Of a stretch of DNA of 64,000 nt, positions 57,797-64,000 are shown one piece after another. A program made the position numbers and the translations under genes. The notes under the pieces are model-generated. The model did not search any database, was not told the origin of the DNA, and saw nothing but the letters and a program-made list of their open reading frames with translations. The stretch covers positions 20,212,001-20,276,000 of the forward strand of contig OZ024747.1 in NCBI GenBank assembly GCA_964016885.1, in the 5' to 3' direction. Positions within the stretch are counted from its first letter, which is position 1. Each line of letters begins with the position of its first letter. The DNA is from Eledone cirrhosa (taxonomy: Eukaryota).

Positions 57797-58612
57797 GGCG
57801 GTGGATTGGCAGTATCGGTAGAGGGTCGGGACGCCATGCTTTCCAGCATAGTTACGTCCCTTTACGATCTGAGTCAAATCCCGCCGAGGTTAACTTTCCC
57901 TTTCATCCTTACGGAGTCGATAAAATAAGTACCAGTAAGGTACTGAGTAATTGCTGGACTTGTGCCATAGTAGAAACAATTATTAATACTCTATTATTAG
58001 GCGGGGATTGGCAGTATAAGTAGAGCGTCAAACACCATGATTTGCAGCATAGAGTATGGCCCTTTATATTCCGAGTTCAAATTCCGCCGAGATTTAACTT
58101 TGCCTTTCATCTTTACGGGGTCGATAAAAGAAAGTACCACTCACGACTAGGGGGGGGGGGGGGGGGGGGGGGGGCGATTTATTTGACTTCCCCCTCCCCC
58201 AAATTTTCTGGCTTGGCAGTATCGGTAGAGGGTCGGACGCCATGCTTTCCAGCATAGTTACGTCCCTTTGCGGTCTGAGTTCAAATCCCACGAGGTTAAC
58301 TTTGCCTTTCATCCTTACGGGGGTCGATAAAATAAAGTTCCAGTAATGCACTGGGTAATTGATGGCCTTGTGCCTAAAGTAGAAACAATTATTAATAGTC
58401 TATTATTAGGCGGGTGGATTGGCAGTATCGGTAGATCGTCAAGATGCCATGCTTAGCAGCATAGAGTTATGGCCCTTTATATTTGAGTTCAACTGCCGCC
58501 GAGGTTAACTTTGCCTTTCATCCTTACGTAGTCGATAAAATAAAGTACCAGTAATGCACTGGTGAATTGCTGGCCTTGTGCCAAAAGTAGAAACATTATT
58601 AATACTCTATTA
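57797..58612 (+). mobile_element. Head-to-tail array of four SINE family 1 copies
   Basis: Units start at about 57797, 58000, 58213 and 58409; each has A/B-box-like motifs and gtcgataaaa..aagtacca. Confidence 0.9.
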
Positions 58613-59451
58613 TGTGTGTGAACTGAGCTTTGTTGAGGAATTGCATGAGTGTTTATGAGATAGGCGTTATAGAAATATATAGAGATGTGTGTAATAGTTA
58701 GTTGTTGTAAGTGTATTCGATAGGTTCTATGATGTTATTGCTTTCATAGACGCTGTTATATTCATGCTACTTACTTTATCAGAGGAGTCTTGATTAAAAA
58801 CAATATCCAAAGCAGATTCGACATCAGACGACGAAGTTTCATAAACAAACAATACAAAACATTTATTTTGGTAATCTAGCATCTCTAACACACCAATACC
58901 TCTTCATTATTTTAACTTCTGTGTATCACAGGGATTGATGTGTATTTTATTGACCTCAAAAAGAGCAAAGACTAAGGGAATTTTGGCAGGACTTGGAGTC
59001 ATTATGTAAAGAGATGCGAATAAATACAGCAAAGCATATATATATATATATGTACACACACACACACACATATAAACATAAATACATATGTAATATATAT
59101 ATATATATATATCAATATATGTACATATACATTCATGATTTGAAGTGTAATTGAATACATATGTAGCTGTTAGACGATGGAGTGTCCCTATCTTTTGTGT
59201 ATTGAGAAGTAGCAAGCTAGTCATCTGAAAGAGAACACTTACAAATGAAGGACTGATATCTTGTCATCTTAACATTAATTTCTGCTCCTGATTGATTTCC
59301 ACTGATGATATTACTATAACAATAATTCCCAACTGATATAATATCGATTACATGTGTTATTGCCGCACAATATCAATGGAGAACGAACACATGTTTGCAC
59401 AGGAAAGGTTCTGAAATATTATACATACACACAAACGTATACACACAAACA

Positions 59452-59557
<106 letters not shown>

Positions 59558-59593
59558 AATACATATATATATATATATGTGTGTGTGTGTGCT

Positions 59594-59631
<38 letters not shown>

Positions 59632-59690
59632 CATATATATATATATGTGTGTGTGTGCTTGTATATATATATATTATATATATATATATA

Positions 59691-59800
<110 letters not shown>

Positions 59801-60235
59801 TTTGTGTGTGTGTTTGCGTAAGAATATGTGAATGTCTGTGCATGGTATGTGTATGGTATGTGTATATAGATAATCATCCATTCTTCTATTCTTCTATTCT
59901 TTCAATCATTCATTCTTTCATCTTTTACTTTTATATTTAGCTACCCTAGATATGAAGATATCAAACGTTTGGCTATCCTTCATAAAATGGAAGTGGTGCA
60001 AGCTGAAACGATATTTCGACACTGAATAGTCCATTAAACAATACCGGATTAGCTATCACTTGGTATTAACTACCGCAATCGATAAAGTTCATGGACACAC
60101 ATTTATATATGCCTGTGGGCGTGCGTTGCAACGTGCGCACATGCGTATGTTTCAGGCTGATTGCTTTCAAATGTCGAGAAATTAAAGCATATAATACTCA
60201 CCACGTAAACCATAATTAGGAAATGTGAATATATA

Positions 60236-60529
60236 TCATCATCATCATCATTTTACGTCCGCTTTTCCCTGCTTGAAAGGGGTGGGACGGGAACTGATTC
60301 TGGCTTGGTTTCTACAGCTGGATGCCCTTCCTAACACCAACCTCATTTACAGTGAGTGCTGCGTGCTTTTTTCCGTGGCACCTACACGACCACTTTGCAG
60401 TGGAATGATAGGGACCCCAGTCCCTATCATCTCATTTCTACAGCTGAGTAAACTGGAGCAATGTGAAATAAAGTGTCTTGCTCAAGGAAACAACACATCA
60501 CCCAGTCTGAGAATTGAACTCACAACCTT

Positions 60530-60531
<2 letters not shown>
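60236..60531 (-). mobile_element. SINE-like composite remnant with (CAT)n end
   Basis: (CAT)n, gctggatgcccttcctaac, then gagcaatgtgaaataaagtgtcttgctcaagg as in SINE family 2. Confidence 0.6.
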
Positions 60532-60572
<41 letters not shown>

Positions 60573-60629
60573 ATAAAATGGAAAACGAAAAATCAGTGAT
60601 GCATCGGAACTCGTTTTATTGCGTATATA

Positions 60630-62581
<1,952 letters not shown>

Positions 62582-62591
62582 TATATATATT

Positions 62592-62631
<40 letters not shown>

Positions 62632-62830
62632 ATTATTAGGTACCGCGAGAGAGAAGAGAATGGAAAGATGGTCGATACATATATTTAGTTGCCAATAGTT
62701 TATGAATGTGTGCTCAATACTCGAGCCTACAGGGTTAAATATTAGAGGCGTCAACATTTAGTGGGCGAGAAAAAATGATAAACAGAGCTATTATAAAGGA
62801 AATGAATACAAAGAGTTTATTTTGCTTTCC

Positions 62831-62875
62831 GTGCCCTTGATAAGCCCGCTAAGGGGGAAACGTACGTAGGTGTAC
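62831..62875 (+). ncRNA. U3-A8 variant hammerhead motif inside an inverted repeat (62801-62921)
   Basis: gtgccc-TTGATAA-gccc gctaa gggg-GAAA-cgtacg-TA-ggtgtac; palindromic ACGTACGT. Flanked by aatgaatacaaagagttta / taaactctttgtattcatt. Confidence 0.6.
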
Positions 62876-63146
62876 AGTTATATAAACATGTTTTACCGGC
62901 TTTAAACTCTTTGTATTCATTTTGTCTCTCTCTTTATATATATATATTATATATAGTCTATATACATTATACAGATATATAGTTTATATTTATTATACAT
63001 ATAAGTTTGATATATCGAAGGCCTCCTCTATAAATGTATATCTTGGAGTTATTTGGTATTTTTCTATAATATTCTCGAATGCTTATGTACACCTTCTGTG
63101 TATGAATATGAATAATATAATATAATATAAATAAATAAATAAATAA

Positions 63147-63206
<60 letters not shown>

Positions 63207-63354
63207 TTTACGCTCTTTCCTTCATTCCTCTACACGTTACAGTCTTATACACGCCACGCATCGCAACGTACACCCACTTACATCTCTCTCTCCACCACGG
63301 GATCTTGTTACCCGGAGATTTACCCATCTGCATTGTCGAGGCTTCCAAACTATT

Positions 63355-63450
<96 letters not shown>

Positions 63451-63866
63451 TAGATATATATACATATATATATATATATAGTAATAATAATAAATGTGAA
63501 GACTAAAATCCAAAGAAGGCTCGATAAGGATAAATATATTAATATATATATATATATATATAGATAGATAGATAATTTAATATATCTACTAACATAAGCG
63601 CATAGATGTACGCTAATGCCAGCAAATACACAGGTTATGTCATAGTACCTAGGTGGTTCAATGCAGGAGGATGCAGAACAATAATATATAAGACGTAAAA
63701 TAAGAAAATTTCTTAAAAAAATTTTTTTTAGAAAAATTAACTTACTTACTTAAATTTTCACTCCAACTAATTAGTTTCTGCAATGGGATAAAGACAGTTA
63801 CGTAATGAACTGTTGAGAATTTCATTGCGTCATCAGGGAGGTCATTCTCAGCCGAGTCTCCAGGCG

Positions 63867-63921
<55 letters not shown>

Positions 63922-63922
<1 letters not shown>

Positions 63923-64000
63923 CTAATTGTTTCTACTTTAGGCACAAGGCCAGCAATTACTGGTACTTTATTTTATCGACCCCATAAGGATGAAAGGCAA
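63922..64000 (-). mobile_element. SINE family 1, 3' part (runs off the window) next to (TAA)n
   Basis: aattgtttctactttaggcacaaggccagcaattactggtactttattttatcgaccccataaggatgaaaggcaa. Confidence 0.85.

Overview
AT-rich, microsatellite-saturated eukaryotic non-coding DNA. The SINE types and (TA)n/(CATA)n/(GATA)n load suggest a coleoid cephalopod such as Octopus (inference). No host protein-coding exon can be supported; almost all ORF-track entries are microsatellite artefacts. Recognisable content: (i) a decayed near-full-length L1/Tx1-type LINE (34968-40660, - strand; ORF1 with CCHC knuckle, APE-RT ORF2), stacked with an internally deleted relative and a 3' fragment in a (GATA)n tract; (ii) three R4/Dong-type RT-RLE LINE pieces, all ending on (CATA)n; (iii) an RTE 3' end; (iv) two tRNA-derived SINE families; (v) many short Penelope-like (PLE) pseudo-LTR remnants in (TA)n, usually as fold-backs, with more than a dozen minimal hammerhead-ribozyme (HHR) motifs. 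The most novel-looking signal is a recurrent HHR subtype, seen in five copies from about three sequence lineages. It has a long stem II with an invariant C.C mismatch at position 4, an 8-nt palindromic stem III, an AUA cleavage triplet and an adjacent AATAAA. Also notable: fixed-endpoint fold-back architecture, a 1.6-kb nested palindrome, and apparent partitioning of microsatellite classes among retroelement clades. All calls were made by eye; coordinates of degenerate elements are approximate.
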